Shown here: piece by piece, positions 18,824 to 29,100 of the stretch
Position numbering within the stretch: position 1 is the stretch's first letter
How the letters are laid out: every line of letters begins with the position of its first letter
Source: an uncultured Nitrososphaerota archaeon
GTDB lineage: Archaea; Thermoproteota; Nitrososphaeria; Nitrososphaerales; CADDZS01
Length of the DNA stretch: 64,000 nucleotides
Assembly (NCBI GenBank): GCA_963799845.1
Contig: CAWCYI010000006.1
Span: forward strand, 1,408,001 to 1,472,000
Reading direction: 5' to 3'
Notes under the pieces: generated by a model
Seen by the model: only the letters and a program-made list of their open reading frames with translations
Told to the model about the DNA's origin: nothing
Database searches by the model: none
Made by a program: the position numbers and the translations under genes

Positions 18824-20211
18824 GTGTAGTAACTCCTCGGGTCAGCTATTTTTCCCTCGATCGCGCTTGCGGCGGCAGTCGCTGGCGAGGAGAGATAGAT
18901 GAAGGCATCCGGCGAACCCATTCTCCCCTTGTAATTGCGATTGGAAGTACTGAGACAGCGATCTCCCGGTGAGAGAACGCCCATGTGTTTCCCAAAGCAG
19001 GGGCCGCAGTTTGACGATTCGATATTCGCTCCGGCGTCGGCAAAAATCTTGAGAATCCCTTCGTCCATCGCCCAGTTGTAGACCAGCCTAGAAGCCGGAA
19101 TCACGAGCAGGTTGACATTTTGGTGCACCTTTCGCCCTTTCAGTATGCGAGCAGCCTCAACGAGATCGGAGTGTCTTGCATTCGTGCAAGAGCCGATGAA
19201 GACAACATTGATCTCGTCGCTGATTTCGCTTGCCGGCTTCGAATTCGCAGGGGAATGCGGAAGAGCAACCTGTGGCTCGATATTGCCCGCGTCCAATTCC
19301 ATCAAAGAAGAGTAATCGGCTTCTGCGTCACTTTTTACAAATCTAGAACCGCGCTCGAAACTCGACGACAGTTCGCTCGCGAGCTCGGGATGCCTCGCAA
19401 TCGTGTCTTTCATGAATTCGGACGTTATCTCATCGGGATTGATAATGCCGGTTCTCGCGCTCATCTCAACCGACATGTTGCACATCGTGAACCGTCCGTC
19501 CATGCCCATCCTCCTTATCGTGTCACCGGAATACTCGGCTACCTTCTTCGAGCAGCCTCCTTCTTTCACCGTGCCTAAAATTTGTAAGATCAGATCTTTC
19601 GCAGAAACGCCGGGACGAAAATCGCCAGATATTTCAAACTTGTACGTCTCCGGGACAAAGAAATCGTAGATTTCACCCGTTGCAAGAGCGTATTCCGCTT
19701 CGGTTGTCCCGATTCCAAATCCGAGGGCACCAATCGCGCCAACAGTGTCAGTATGACTGTCTGTCGCAACAACTACCTCCCCGGGCCTTACGAATCCCTC
19801 TTCGGTGACGACGGTGTGTTCTATCCCGTCGCCTTCCTTGTACATCTTTATCCCCTGCTCCGAAGCAAAGCGCTTCATGAGATTTACTCCCTGCGCGACT
19901 TTAACGGAGCAGGACGGAACGGTGTGATCTGGGATGAAACACACTCTTGCGGGATCGAAAACTCGCAGCTTGAATTTTCCCTCTCCCGGCGGGCCGAAGA
20001 CCATGATTTCCTTTTGCGACCCGCTTGATCCGGCCTCGGAATAAACCGACTCGAAATCGTCCTCGAAATTGATTATCGCCGGAGGTGCGATAACTTCATT
20101 GAAATACAGCTTGTCAATCGGAAGAACGTCGATCAAATCCCCTGCCCGGACGTCTTTTCCAGCAGCTCGCGAAACAATCTTTTCAACGATTGTTTGATGT
20201 CGATCTAGCAT
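18820..20211 (-). CDS. leuC: 3-isopropylmalate dehydratase large subunit
   Basis: DSHT, IGSCTN, CGPCFG, STSNRNYKGRMG. Confidence 0.93.
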   Translation of the reverse strand: MLDRHQTIVEKIVSRAAGKDVRAGDLIDVLPIDKLYFNEVIAPPAIINFEDDFESVYSEAGSSGSQKEIMVFGPPGEGKFKLRVFDPARVCFIPDHTVPSCSVKVAQGVNLMKRFASEQGIKMYKEGDGIEHTVVTEEGFVRPGEVVVATDSHTDTVGAIGALGFGIGTTEAEYALATGEIYDFFVPETYKFEISGDFRPGVSAKDLILQILGTVKEGGCSKKVAEYSGDTIRRMGMDGRFTMCNMSVEMSARTGIINPDEITSEFMKDTIARHPELASELSSSFERGSRFVKSDAEADYSSLMELDAGNIEPQVALPHSPANSKPASEISDEINVVFIGSCTNARHSDLVEAARILKGRKVHQNVNLLVIPASRLVYNWAMDEGILKIFADAGANIESSNCGPCFGKHMGVLSPGDRCLSTSNRNYKGRMGSPDAFIYLSSPATAAASAIEGKIADPRSYYT

Positions 20212-21908
20212 CTCTCAGAATACCTCCAGCTCAAAGCCACGCGCCAGTCAGGCAGAGTGTATTTTTCGGATTTACTTCTGAATATCAGCTTGTAACGATA
20301 TCCGTCTATCAACGCTTTGATGCTGGCATCCAATACGTCTTCAGACACTGCCGTGGTAGCCCAAGTTGTCGAGGGCGAAGTTCCCGTGAACGTCAATTCC
20401 TCATCAGAGAATTCAGTTCTTGCTCGGGCGGTTGCGGCCGTCCCGCTAAGAGAATCGACGATGTTCAGTGAGTAGCTGATCAGCTTCAGATTCTTGAGTT
20501 CGGGGAACTCTTGCTCGAGACATTTCCTCAACGCAAGATCTATGGCGTGGATGGGACCCACTCCCTTTTCCGTTGCGGAGAGGGTCCTTTCGTATTTCCC
20601 TTCCTTGTCCCCCACGCGGACTTCTATAGTTCCAATTACCGAAGAATCATTGATCGATCGCGAAGTACTTGTTTCCCATTTCGTCACCTGAAACGGCCAT
20701 ATCGCAAAGCCGAGAGAGTCAAGAATCAACAGATGAAGACTCGCTTTTGCATTTTCAAACTTGCAACCGAATGCCTCCAGCTCTCGCATTCGGGTAAGCA
20801 CTTTTCTCGCAACATCCTCCCTTTCCTTCGTGTAAAGCCCCAACTCCCACATCTCATTCTTAACTAGGGAAGCATCGTCTACTCCGAGTAATCGATTGTT
20901 TCCAACAAGAGCCGGATTCACTGCTTCGTAGGTTTCCGAGCTTTTCGTTACGTCGGCGATGTGCGACGGATCAGAATGTGCGAACGCCAGGGTTCCCACG
21001 AATGGCTGACGGGGCTGAGAAAAACCGGAGGCTGAGGCCACTTTTTCGGAGAGAGTTTTCAACGAAATCAATTGCTGATCTCTTGGAGCCGATGAATTTA
21101 GTGCCTCGTAGCCAAGCTTAAGCATCAAGACCGGAAGAAGCTGGCAAAGGTCGGCATTCCCGGATCGGTCCCCCATTCCATTTACGGTGCCCTGAACGTG
21201 CGTCACTCCAGATTGAACCGCGGCGATGGTATTCGCTACTGCTAAACCAAGATCATTGTGGCAGTGAATTCCTAGAGTAATATTCTCCTTCGAGGAGAAA
21301 TGAGAATTGACGAGTTTCACTGCTTTCGAGACTTGCTCGGGGAATGAACCTCCCCGCGAATCGGAGAGGACTAATTTGGTTACCCCAGCGTCAACCGCCG
21401 TTTCAAGGATACTCAGCGCATAAGAAGTATCTTCAAAAAAGCCGTCGAAAAAGTGCTGCGCGTATAGAAGAATTTCTTTTCGTAACTTCTTCAGCGATGA
21501 GAGCTGTTTTTTCAGCTGTCGAAGGTTTGCCTCCGGTTCAATCTTCTTGTGAGAGAAACCTTCGGATAAATGTGACTGCCAGCAGTTTGCCCTAAGACTG
21601 ACATGCCTCACCCAATCTTCGGAAAGCCCTTGATGAGAGCTTACGTCAGAGAAAATCGATTCCGGGAGGAAAACAACTTGTTCAGCCCGCCCCTTCAGAA
21701 TTGAACGCACTTTCTTCAGGTACTCGAGGTCGTTTGGGTTTTCACCCGAAAAAGAAGACTCGATAAACGAAACTCCAAGCTCGTCAAGTTGACTCGCGAT
21801 AGACAGCTTCTCGCCGATGGAGAAAGAAACGCCGAATGTACGCTCCCTCAAAGTAGCGTCGAGAACTTTCAGTTTCTTTGTCGACTTTGAAGGGGAGGTA
21901 CTCTTCAT
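20205..21908 (-). CDS. Citramalate synthase (CimA)-like DRE-TIM protein with a degenerate N-terminal active-site motif
   Basis: GIHCHNDLGLAVAN, VQGTVNGMGDRSGNADL and a LeuA/CimA allosteric domain (GVGPIHAID); DATLRERTFG replaces DTTLRDGxQ. Confidence 0.8.
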   Translation of the reverse strand: MKSTSPSKSTKKLKVLDATLRERTFGVSFSIGEKLSIASQLDELGVSFIESSFSGENPNDLEYLKKVRSILKGRAEQVVFLPESIFSDVSSHQGLSEDWVRHVSLRANCWQSHLSEGFSHKKIEPEANLRQLKKQLSSLKKLRKEILLYAQHFFDGFFEDTSYALSILETAVDAGVTKLVLSDSRGGSFPEQVSKAVKLVNSHFSSKENITLGIHCHNDLGLAVANTIAAVQSGVTHVQGTVNGMGDRSGNADLCQLLPVLMLKLGYEALNSSAPRDQQLISLKTLSEKVASASGFSQPRQPFVGTLAFAHSDPSHIADVTKSSETYEAVNPALVGNNRLLGVDDASLVKNEMWELGLYTKEREDVARKVLTRMRELEAFGCKFENAKASLHLLILDSLGFAIWPFQVTKWETSTSRSINDSSVIGTIEVRVGDKEGKYERTLSATEKGVGPIHAIDLALRKCLEQEFPELKNLKLISYSLNIVDSLSGTAATARARTEFSDEELTFTGTSPSTTWATTAVSEDVLDASIKALIDGYRYKLIFRSKSEKYTLPDWRVALSWRYSERC

Positions 21909-21939
21909 TTTCCAAACGTTCCGGTTTGCCAGCTGGAGC

Positions 21940-23097
21940 TTATCTTCGTCCCTTACTCTTTCTCGAACTACTCTTGGATTTTGTCGATTTTGCTTTCGGA
22001 GCTTTCTTCGATGGCCGGCCGGAGAACGCAGCAGTTTGCAGCTTTGACCAGCTAACGGCTTTACCCGAACCTGACGTCTCTTCAGGCCACATCATTTGGC
22101 GAAGCCTTCGTCCAACTTGCTCAATCGGATGGGCGTCGAGCTCATCCAGATATTTTTCGAATGCACGGGCTTTTTCATTTTGGTATGAATTAACCCACCT
22201 CTCGGCAAAGGCACCCGACTGGATGTCTCGGAGCGCATTCCGCATTCGCTCTTTGGTCTCCTGGTTGATAACGTTCCCGCCTACTGTCAAACCGCCGTAT
22301 CGCGCGGTCTCGCTCACTCCCCGGTACATCCCAGCAATTCCGTATCGCTGAATCAAATCAACAATTAGCTTGAGTTCATGCAGGCATTCAAAATAAGCGA
22401 TTTCGGGTTGGTATCCGTTTTCGACCAAGACTTCGAACGCGTTTCTAATCAGACGGTCTGCGCCCCCGCAAAGATCGACCTGCTCGCCGAACCAATCCGA
22501 TTCTGTTTCTTCCTTGAAAGTAGTTTTTATCACACCGGCTCTGGTGCTACCGATACCCTTGGCGAATTCCAGGGTCCTCTGCCAAGCTCTACCAGTGGCA
22601 TCTTGGTGGACTGCTACAACCGATGGGGTTCCAAATCCTTGAAGGTAAACTTCTCTTACTCGCTGTCCTGGCGCCTTTGGAGCTACCATGAACACGTCAA
22701 TATCACTCGCTGGTTTGACCCAGCCCCAGTGGATAGCTGCTCCGTGAGAGAACCCAAGGGCTTTGCCGGTTGTTACGTAGGGAGCTATTTCCCGGTAAAC
22801 GTCACCCTGAACCATGTCGGGAACCAGGATGTGAATAATATCCGCCACCCTGGCCGCCTCCGCCACTTCGAGAACTTTGTGGCCGTCGGCCCTTGCCAGA
22901 TCCCAGGATTTTCCGTCCCTTCGCAGACCGACGACAACCTTGAAACCCGAGTCGCTCAGGTTGCTTGACTGTGCCCTTCCCTGGATTCCGTATCCGAGAA
23001 CGGCGATGGTTTCATTTTTTTGGACTTCCGACGTCGTTACATCCTTTTCGTAATAGGCGACAGCTTGACCAGCAATCTGCCCTAAATTAGACATCAT
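21940..23097 (-). CDS. ilvC: Ketol-acid reductoisomerase
   Basis: GYGIQG, FSHG, APKAPG, EETESDWFGEQ, AYFECLHE. Confidence 0.95.
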   Translation of the reverse strand: MMSNLGQIAGQAVAYYEKDVTTSEVQKNETIAVLGYGIQGRAQSSNLSDSGFKVVVGLRRDGKSWDLARADGHKVLEVAEAARVADIIHILVPDMVQGDVYREIAPYVTTGKALGFSHGAAIHWGWVKPASDIDVFMVAPKAPGQRVREVYLQGFGTPSVVAVHQDATGRAWQRTLEFAKGIGSTRAGVIKTTFKEETESDWFGEQVDLCGGADRLIRNAFEVLVENGYQPEIAYFECLHELKLIVDLIQRYGIAGMYRGVSETARYGGLTVGGNVINQETKERMRNALRDIQSGAFAERWVNSYQNEKARAFEKYLDELDAHPIEQVGRRLRQMMWPEETSGSGKAVSWSKLQTAAFSGRPSKKAPKAKSTKSKSSSRKSKGRR

Positions 23098-23113
23098 CTT
23101 AACATCCTCTCTT

Positions 23114-24067
23114 TCAATAAACACGAGTTACCCAGTCATCGTGGCCAAAAGTCATTTTGCCCAATACGAGAGCAGAGTATCCCTCAGACAGCGTCTTCGA
23201 AATAGGCCCGGCATTCCCGTCACCGATTATTTTTCTATCTACGCTGATAACCGGAGCCACGCCCGCCGCAGTTCCTGTTAGAAAAACTTCGTCAGCTATG
23301 TACAGCTCCGATCTAGCTACGTCTCTCTCAATGACATCCATCCGATTTTCTTTAGCCAATTCCATAATCGTGTTTCGAGTAATTCCGTCTAGGATGGATG
23401 CTCCAGTAGGTGGAGTGTATATTTTGCCCTTCTTGACCACGAAGATGTTTTCGCCAGTTCCTTCGGAGACCTTTCCCCCAGAATTGAGCATTATAGCTTC
23501 GTCATAACCGTTCTTGGCTGCTTCCCTTTTCGCAAAAACCGAGTTTACATAATTGCCGCAAATTTTTGCCATGGGAGGAGTCACAGGATCGTATAGCCGC
23601 GTCCAAGAAGAGATGCAAACGTCCAGGCCGGGCTTTCCGAAGTAGTGCTTAAACGGGAACGCAATGATTGCAGCTTCGATCGGATAATTAATGAAACCCA
23701 AGTTTATTCCGGAAAAACCAACGAACATGATCGGTCGTATGTAACAATCTTCCCTTATCTTGTTAGCTCGGAGGAGCGAGAGACATGCTTCCTCCAGCTC
23801 ACTGACAGTATATTTTGATTCGATGTCACAAATTCGCGCCGAATTCAGGAGCCTTTCAAAATGGTCTCGTAATCTGAATATGTGAAGGTTTGAATGAACC
23901 CCATACCCTCTAATCCCTTCAAAGACGCCAGTCCCGTAATGCAGGGCATGTGTCATCAGGGGAATTTTACCCTGATCCCATCCTACGACCTTCCCGTTCA
24001 TCCAGACGAATTCTGTCTTTTGTATTTCCGGTTTGGTTATCTCTTCCGACTCTAGTTCCACTACCAT
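23114..24067 (-). CDS. ilvE: Branched-chain amino acid aminotransferase
   Basis: LHYGTGVFEG, AKICGNY, EGTGEN, LDGITR, TGTAA. Confidence 0.95.
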   Translation of the reverse strand: MVVELESEEITKPEIQKTEFVWMNGKVVGWDQGKIPLMTHALHYGTGVFEGIRGYGVHSNLHIFRLRDHFERLLNSARICDIESKYTVSELEEACLSLLRANKIREDCYIRPIMFVGFSGINLGFINYPIEAAIIAFPFKHYFGKPGLDVCISSWTRLYDPVTPPMAKICGNYVNSVFAKREAAKNGYDEAIMLNSGGKVSEGTGENIFVVKKGKIYTPPTGASILDGITRNTIMELAKENRMDVIERDVARSELYIADEVFLTGTAAGVAPVISVDRKIIGDGNAGPISKTLSEGYSALVLGKMTFGHDDWVTRVY

Positions 24068-25191
24068 TTTAGAAGCACATCCTCCTTTACTCTCCCAATG
24101 TTACCGTCATCAATCCATTCTCCCGTCTGTTTTCGTATTTCCGCGCAAATCGCCTGAGTGACCTGAGCAGTCTTGGAATTGCCGCCGATGTCCTGAGTCT
24201 TAACTCCAGACCCCGTCACTATCGAGATTGCAGATTCCAAGCATTTCGAAGCTGCGGCGGAATTTACATCCGGCTTCTTTGACGTGAGCCAATCAAGCAT
24301 CATCTTGACAGTAAAGAGCATCGAAAGCGGGTTTGCGATTCCTTTTCCGGCAATGTCGGGGGCGCATCCGTGCACTGGTTCGAACAGAGCGAAATCATCA
24401 CCCAAGTTTCCAGAGGGAGCGAGGCCGAGGCCGCCCACTACTTGGGATGCCTCGTCAGACAGGATATCCCCGTACATATTCGATGTAACTATCACGTCAA
24501 AAGAATCAGGATTTCGAACAAGATTCATCGCCGCAGTGTCAACATACATTGATGAGAATTTTACCGATGGAAAATTCTTGGAGACTGCGTCGCATGATCT
24601 CAGAAAAAGTCCGTCTGACTTTGGTAGCACATTGGATTTTTGCACACAAACGACACTTGACTCTCTAGCCCTCTTTTCCTCTGCTGACCTGCCTGCCTCG
24701 CGAGATAAAGCGATCTCGAACGCAACTCTTGCTATCCTCTTACTCGCCTCTTCCGTCACGACTTTCAAGGCAATTGCCTTCCTGCCTTCCATTTCCTCGA
24801 ATTCGCGGGAGACGTAAAGGTCCTCCGTATTTTCCCTAACAATAACGAGGTCAACGCCGCGAAACTTGCTATCAATAAAGCGATAGTTCTTTGCCGGTCT
24901 GATGTTGGCAAAGAGTTTGAGTTGCTGTCTCAAGTAAATGACTGTCTCGAGCGCGGTCTCCCCCACGGGAGCTTTCAGGCAGATGTCAGACTCTCTAATT
25001 GTCGAGTAACTGGATTTTGGCATTGCCTCCCCTAAATCGCGGCGTGCCCTGTCGCCAGCAGGGGCAGGAACGAACTCGAATCCTATCTTGAAGCATTCAC
25101 CCAAAGTTTCGAGAACTGATCTTGCAGAGGAGAATATTTCTGGCCCAATTCCATCGCCTTCAATATAGGAAATTCGGAATGCTCTCGACAT
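24061..25191 (-). CDS. leuB: 3-isopropylmalate dehydrogenase
   Basis: GDGIGPE, RENTEDLY, NMYGDILSD, EPVHGCAPDIAG. Confidence 0.92.
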   Translation of the reverse strand: MSRAFRISYIEGDGIGPEIFSSARSVLETLGECFKIGFEFVPAPAGDRARRDLGEAMPKSSYSTIRESDICLKAPVGETALETVIYLRQQLKLFANIRPAKNYRFIDSKFRGVDLVIVRENTEDLYVSREFEEMEGRKAIALKVVTEEASKRIARVAFEIALSREAGRSAEEKRARESSVVCVQKSNVLPKSDGLFLRSCDAVSKNFPSVKFSSMYVDTAAMNLVRNPDSFDVIVTSNMYGDILSDEASQVVGGLGLAPSGNLGDDFALFEPVHGCAPDIAGKGIANPLSMLFTVKMMLDWLTSKKPDVNSAAASKCLESAISIVTGSGVKTQDIGGNSKTAQVTQAICAEIRKQTGEWIDDGNIGRVKEDVLLKW

Positions 25192-25210
25192 TCTTACTTT
25201 CATTCCATGA

Positions 25211-26752
25211 TTAGGATGTTGTGATTTGAGGCTTGTGCGAAGCTCGGGCCTTTCGGAGCATGACTTCATTGATTCCGCTGAGGACGGCGTCCACGCTGGT
25301 CATGACGATGTCCGTCCCCGTCGAGGATGCCGTGGTCAAATTGCCGTCTTCGTCCTCAATCTTGACAAGAACTTCAGCTTCAGCATCGGTTCCGCCAGTA
25401 ATCGCCTCCAGCTTGTATTCGCGGAGTTTGATTTTCGTGAACTTGTCTGTGACTTTTTGAATTGCATTAAAGACGGCGTCCACAGGTCCGGTGCCGGTTT
25501 CCGCCACCGTCATTGTCTGTTCATCGCCAATTGTCAGCCTTACCGAAGCCGTGGGTACCGTTTTTATCCCCGTTATCACCGCGAGATCAGTTATCTTCAG
25601 AAACGGATTTCCTCTCTCAAGCCCGATGACTTCTCTTGCGATCCGATCAAGGTCAACGTCCGTTACGTTCTTCCCCTGATCACCGATTATCTTCACGCGT
25701 TGGACGATCCTCTTGATTTCCTCTCGCGTTGTTTCGATGCCCAAGCTCTGGAGCTGGGAAGCCACACCGTGCGAACCCGCGTGCTTTCCAGCCTGGATTC
25801 TGCGCCTCGCACCCACCAGCTCTGGTTCCATCGGCTCATAGGTCGCTGGCAGATTCAGTACGCCATGGGTGTGAATGCCAGATTCGTGGCCAAACGCGTT
25901 CTCACCGACAATTGCTTTGTTAGGCTGAACGAATATCCCGGTTTCTTTAGAAACAAGCCTCGAAGTAGAATACAAAAGCTTCGTGTTTATTCCAGTCTCA
26001 AAGTTGTAAAGCCTGGAAGCCGCCATAACAAATTCCTCTAACGCCGCGTTGCCCGCTCTTTCTCCGAGTCCGTTGACGGTCACGTGGGCCTGATCTGCGC
26101 CCGAGTTAATTCCGGCGAGGCTGTTCGCAACTGCGAGGCCGTAGTCGTCGTGGCAGTGCGTGCTTAGAGGTACAGAGACATTTGATCCTATGAATCGAAT
26201 CAGGTCAGAATAACTCTCGGGAGTAGCAGTCCCAACGGTATCGGGGACGTCGATTCGCTCTGCTCCCGCTTCGACGACTCCTTTCAGCATCTGCGCAAGA
26301 AATGCTCTATCGGATCGGGTAGAGTCCTCTGCTGAAAACTCGACACGGATTCCATGCGACCTTGCGTATCCTACCCCTTCAATCGCAGCCTCCAACGCCT
26401 TCTCCCTAGTCATCTTCAGCTTGTACTGGAGGTGAAGATCGGAAGTGGCGATGAACAGGTGTCCGTAGGAAATATCGCAATCAATTAGCTTGTCAACATC
26501 GGATTTTTCGACCCTCGAAAGGGCACAGATCTGGGATTTCAGTCCCAGCCTGTTGATCGACTTTACCGATTCGAGTTCTCCATCGGAAACTATCGGGAAA
26601 CCAGCTTCAATCACGTCTACACCCAGTTCATCCAGTGCCCTCGCGATCTCGATTTTTTTCTCGACGGTAAGAGAAATACCGGGAGTCTGTTCTCCATCGC
26701 GCAGAGTCGTGTCAAATACCTTGACGCGTTTTCCTCTCGGTTTTTCAGACAT
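25211..26752 (-). CDS. leuA: 2-isopropylmalate synthase
   Basis: DTTLRDGEQ, HCHDD, GERAGN, HESGIH and an allosteric domain. Confidence 0.92.
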   Translation of the reverse strand: MSEKPRGKRVKVFDTTLRDGEQTPGISLTVEKKIEIARALDELGVDVIEAGFPIVSDGELESVKSINRLGLKSQICALSRVEKSDVDKLIDCDISYGHLFIATSDLHLQYKLKMTREKALEAAIEGVGYARSHGIRVEFSAEDSTRSDRAFLAQMLKGVVEAGAERIDVPDTVGTATPESYSDLIRFIGSNVSVPLSTHCHDDYGLAVANSLAGINSGADQAHVTVNGLGERAGNAALEEFVMAASRLYNFETGINTKLLYSTSRLVSKETGIFVQPNKAIVGENAFGHESGIHTHGVLNLPATYEPMEPELVGARRRIQAGKHAGSHGVASQLQSLGIETTREEIKRIVQRVKIIGDQGKNVTDVDLDRIAREVIGLERGNPFLKITDLAVITGIKTVPTASVRLTIGDEQTMTVAETGTGPVDAVFNAIQKVTDKFTKIKLREYKLEAITGGTDAEAEVLVKIEDEDGNLTTASSTGTDIVMTSVDAVLSGINEVMLRKARASHKPQITTS

Positions 26753-26753
26753 C

Positions 26754-27332
26754 TCAGAGACCTCTCCTAAGCGCAGTCAGACCGGTGCGAACGACTTCTT
26801 TCACGGCGCCGGATTTGGAAGCTTCTTCGATGAAATAATCAATTTTTTCAGGGATCGCGGTATATTCTACAACAAGGGAATCTTTTGCGAAATCGACGGC
26901 CTTTGCGCCAAGGTTGTTGGACAATTCTAGAATGCTGTTCCGACTCTTGTTGTCTCTCGTTTCGAACTTTACCAGGGCCAGTTCTCTTGCGACGGAGTCA
27001 TCGTGCGTCATAGTTCCAACTTCGATAACGTCAATCATTTTTTCCAGCTGCTTTACCAATAGTTGCAATGCTTGATCGTCTCCCTTAGGAATTATGGTCA
27101 TCCTCGCAAGGTCTGGTGACGAAGTTTCTCCAATGGATATGCTCGTGATGTTAAACCCCTTTGCCCTGAACATTCCAGAGATCCGATGAAGCACTCCACG
27201 TTGGTTCTCAACGATAGCGTAAACAATCTGTGTCGCCTGCTTTCTTTGCTCGCTCACGATTACTTCCTCACCGCTGGTGTTTGTGGGGATATGCGATGTA
27301 GACGCCGCAGCAGGTCTGGCCGACATACTCAT
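26754..27332 (-). CDS. ilvH: Acetolactate synthase small subunit
   Basis: VENQRGVLHRISGMF…FNI, RELALVK, EVVRTG. Confidence 0.93.
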   Translation of the reverse strand: MSMSARPAAASTSHIPTNTSGEEVIVSEQRKQATQIVYAIVENQRGVLHRISGMFRAKGFNITSISIGETSSPDLARMTIIPKGDDQALQLLVKQLEKMIDVIEVGTMTHDDSVARELALVKFETRDNKSRNSILELSNNLGAKAVDFAKDSLVVEYTAIPEKIDYFIEEASKSGAVKEVVRTGLTALRRGL

Positions 27333-29011
27333 GCAACCACCATGTCCTTTAGCGCAGTTCCAGGTACAACGAACGGGAAAACGTCCTCTTCAGGGGAGAT
27401 CGGGACATCGATTACGGTCGTTACATCGCTGCGAAGGCCGAGCTTAAGGGCTCTCGCAAATTCGTCGATCGACTGCGCTCTAAGTCCCTGCGCCCTGTAA
27501 GCCTCTGCAAGCTTGACGTAATCCGGAATTCCGTAAAGCTTGACACCGTGATACCTTCTCTGATAAAATAGCCGCTGCCACTGAGCGACCATGCCGAGCA
27601 TTGTGTTGTTCATTATTACAACTATGACCGGGATGTTGTCTAGGACTGATGTAGCGAGCGCCGCCTCTGTCATGTTAAAGCTGCCATCTCCGGCAATGTC
27701 CAGAACCGGCCTAGTGGGAGCCGCGACCTTCGCTCCTATAGCAGCTGGAAAACCAAAACCCATCGTTCCCAATCCCGTCGAACTGAAGAAAGTCCCCGGT
27801 TCAATTACATTGAAGTGAAGCGAGGCCCACATCTGGCACTGACCAACTTCGGTCGTTACAATCGCCGCGCTCGGCAGAATCTCTCGCAGTTTCTTGAGTA
27901 GGCTTAGAGCGTTCACATTGGACATGTCGACCTTCCACTCATTCTGACAGTTGTCCTTCACTTCGGCAAATTTTTTCCGCCAGGTCTGTATGTCGTTCTT
28001 TTTCGCTCTTCTAACTATAGACTCCACCATTGCGTGGAGGGACGGTTTGACATCCGCAACGATTCCAAGATCAGCTTTCTTGTTCTTGTTTATCTCAGAC
28101 GGATCTATGTCTACGTGGATAACCGTTGTCTTTGGTACGAAATCACTTACCTTGCCAGTAGATCGATCGGAAAACCTGGTACCGACGGCAAGAAGAACAT
28201 CAGCCTCCTGAATCAAGCGGTTTGCTTCAAGATGCCCGTGCATGCCGATTGGTCCAAGCGCGAGCGGGTGAGTCTCGTCAAATACACCCTTTCCCTTGAA
28301 AGTCGTCGCGACCGGGCACATCAGAATTTCGGCAAGAGCTTGAAGCTCCGCAAATGCTCCGGCTATTGCTACACCGCCACCAGCGAGGATCAGCGGCCGT
28401 TCTGCATTCAGTAGCGCGTCAACCGCTTTTTCGATTTTGATCGGATCCGGCAGAACGGCCGGGTTGTAGCCACGAAGGCTTACCTTCTCCGGAAAGATCA
28501 TCTCCGCCTCTCCGGTTTGAATGTCCTTGGGGATATCGATTAAAACCGGTCCGGGTCTTCCGCTGGATGAGATGTAAAACGCCTTTTTTACCATCTCGGG
28601 TATCTGCGCGGGATCAAGCGGCTGGAACGCGTATTTCGTAACAGGAGTCGCAACCCCCATAATGTCGCACTCCTGAAACGCATCTTTTCCTATACTAGTG
28701 GTTGCAACCTGCCCAGTAATCGCAACGATCGGGATTGAATCCATGTACGCTGTCGCAATCCCAGTGACCAGATTCGTGGCCCCGGGGCCTGAAGTCGCAA
28801 GGCAGACGCCGGGCCGCCTCGACACCCTGGCAAAACCGTCGGCCATGTGCGCCGCGAGCTGTTCGTGTCTAACAAGTATGTGCCTGATCTCCGAGCTGTA
28901 AAGATCGTCGTAGATTGGAAGATTTGCTCCTCCAGGCATTCCAAACAGTACGTTAGTACCTTCTTGTTGTAGCGCTTTGATTAGCGCCTTCGATCCGCTT
29001 AGTTTCGACAC
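27329..29011 (-). CDS. ilvB: Acetolactate synthase large subunit
   Basis: RHEQ, TSGPGATN, GDGSF…NN TPP motif. Confidence 0.95.
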   Translation of the reverse strand: MSKLSGSKALIKALQQEGTNVLFGMPGGANLPIYDDLYSSEIRHILVRHEQLAAHMADGFARVSRRPGVCLATSGPGATNLVTGIATAYMDSIPIVAITGQVATTSIGKDAFQECDIMGVATPVTKYAFQPLDPAQIPEMVKKAFYISSSGRPGPVLIDIPKDIQTGEAEMIFPEKVSLRGYNPAVLPDPIKIEKAVDALLNAERPLILAGGGVAIAGAFAELQALAEILMCPVATTFKGKGVFDETHPLALGPIGMHGHLEANRLIQEADVLLAVGTRFSDRSTGKVSDFVPKTTVIHVDIDPSEINKNKKADLGIVADVKPSLHAMVESIVRRAKKNDIQTWRKKFAEVKDNCQNEWKVDMSNVNALSLLKKLREILPSAAIVTTEVGQCQMWASLHFNVIEPGTFFSSTGLGTMGFGFPAAIGAKVAAPTRPVLDIAGDGSFNMTEAALATSVLDNIPVIVVIMNNTMLGMVAQWQRLFYQRRYHGVKLYGIPDYVKLAEAYRAQGLRAQSIDEFARALKLGLRSDVTTVIDVPISPEEDVFPFVVPGTALKDMVVA

Positions 29012-29031
29012 TTCTTATCTATACTCCACTA

Positions 29032-29100
29032 CGATTCTTCCCCCAGAGAGATTCTTTATTTTGAAAAAGAATAACGCTGGGGTCTATGCCACGAGAATCG
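29032..29100 (-). promoter_or_regulatory. Long leader hairpin containing a U-tract (candidate attenuator)
   Basis: Nested helices CGATTCT/AGAATCG, CCCCAG/CTGGGG and ATTCTTT/AAAGAAT. Confidence 0.6.

Noticed and set aside
15865-28944. Long plus-strand ORFs opposite the ilv/leu operon (for example 25226-26041, 15865-16584)
   Set aside because: Antisense shadows of well-supported genes with no motifs.
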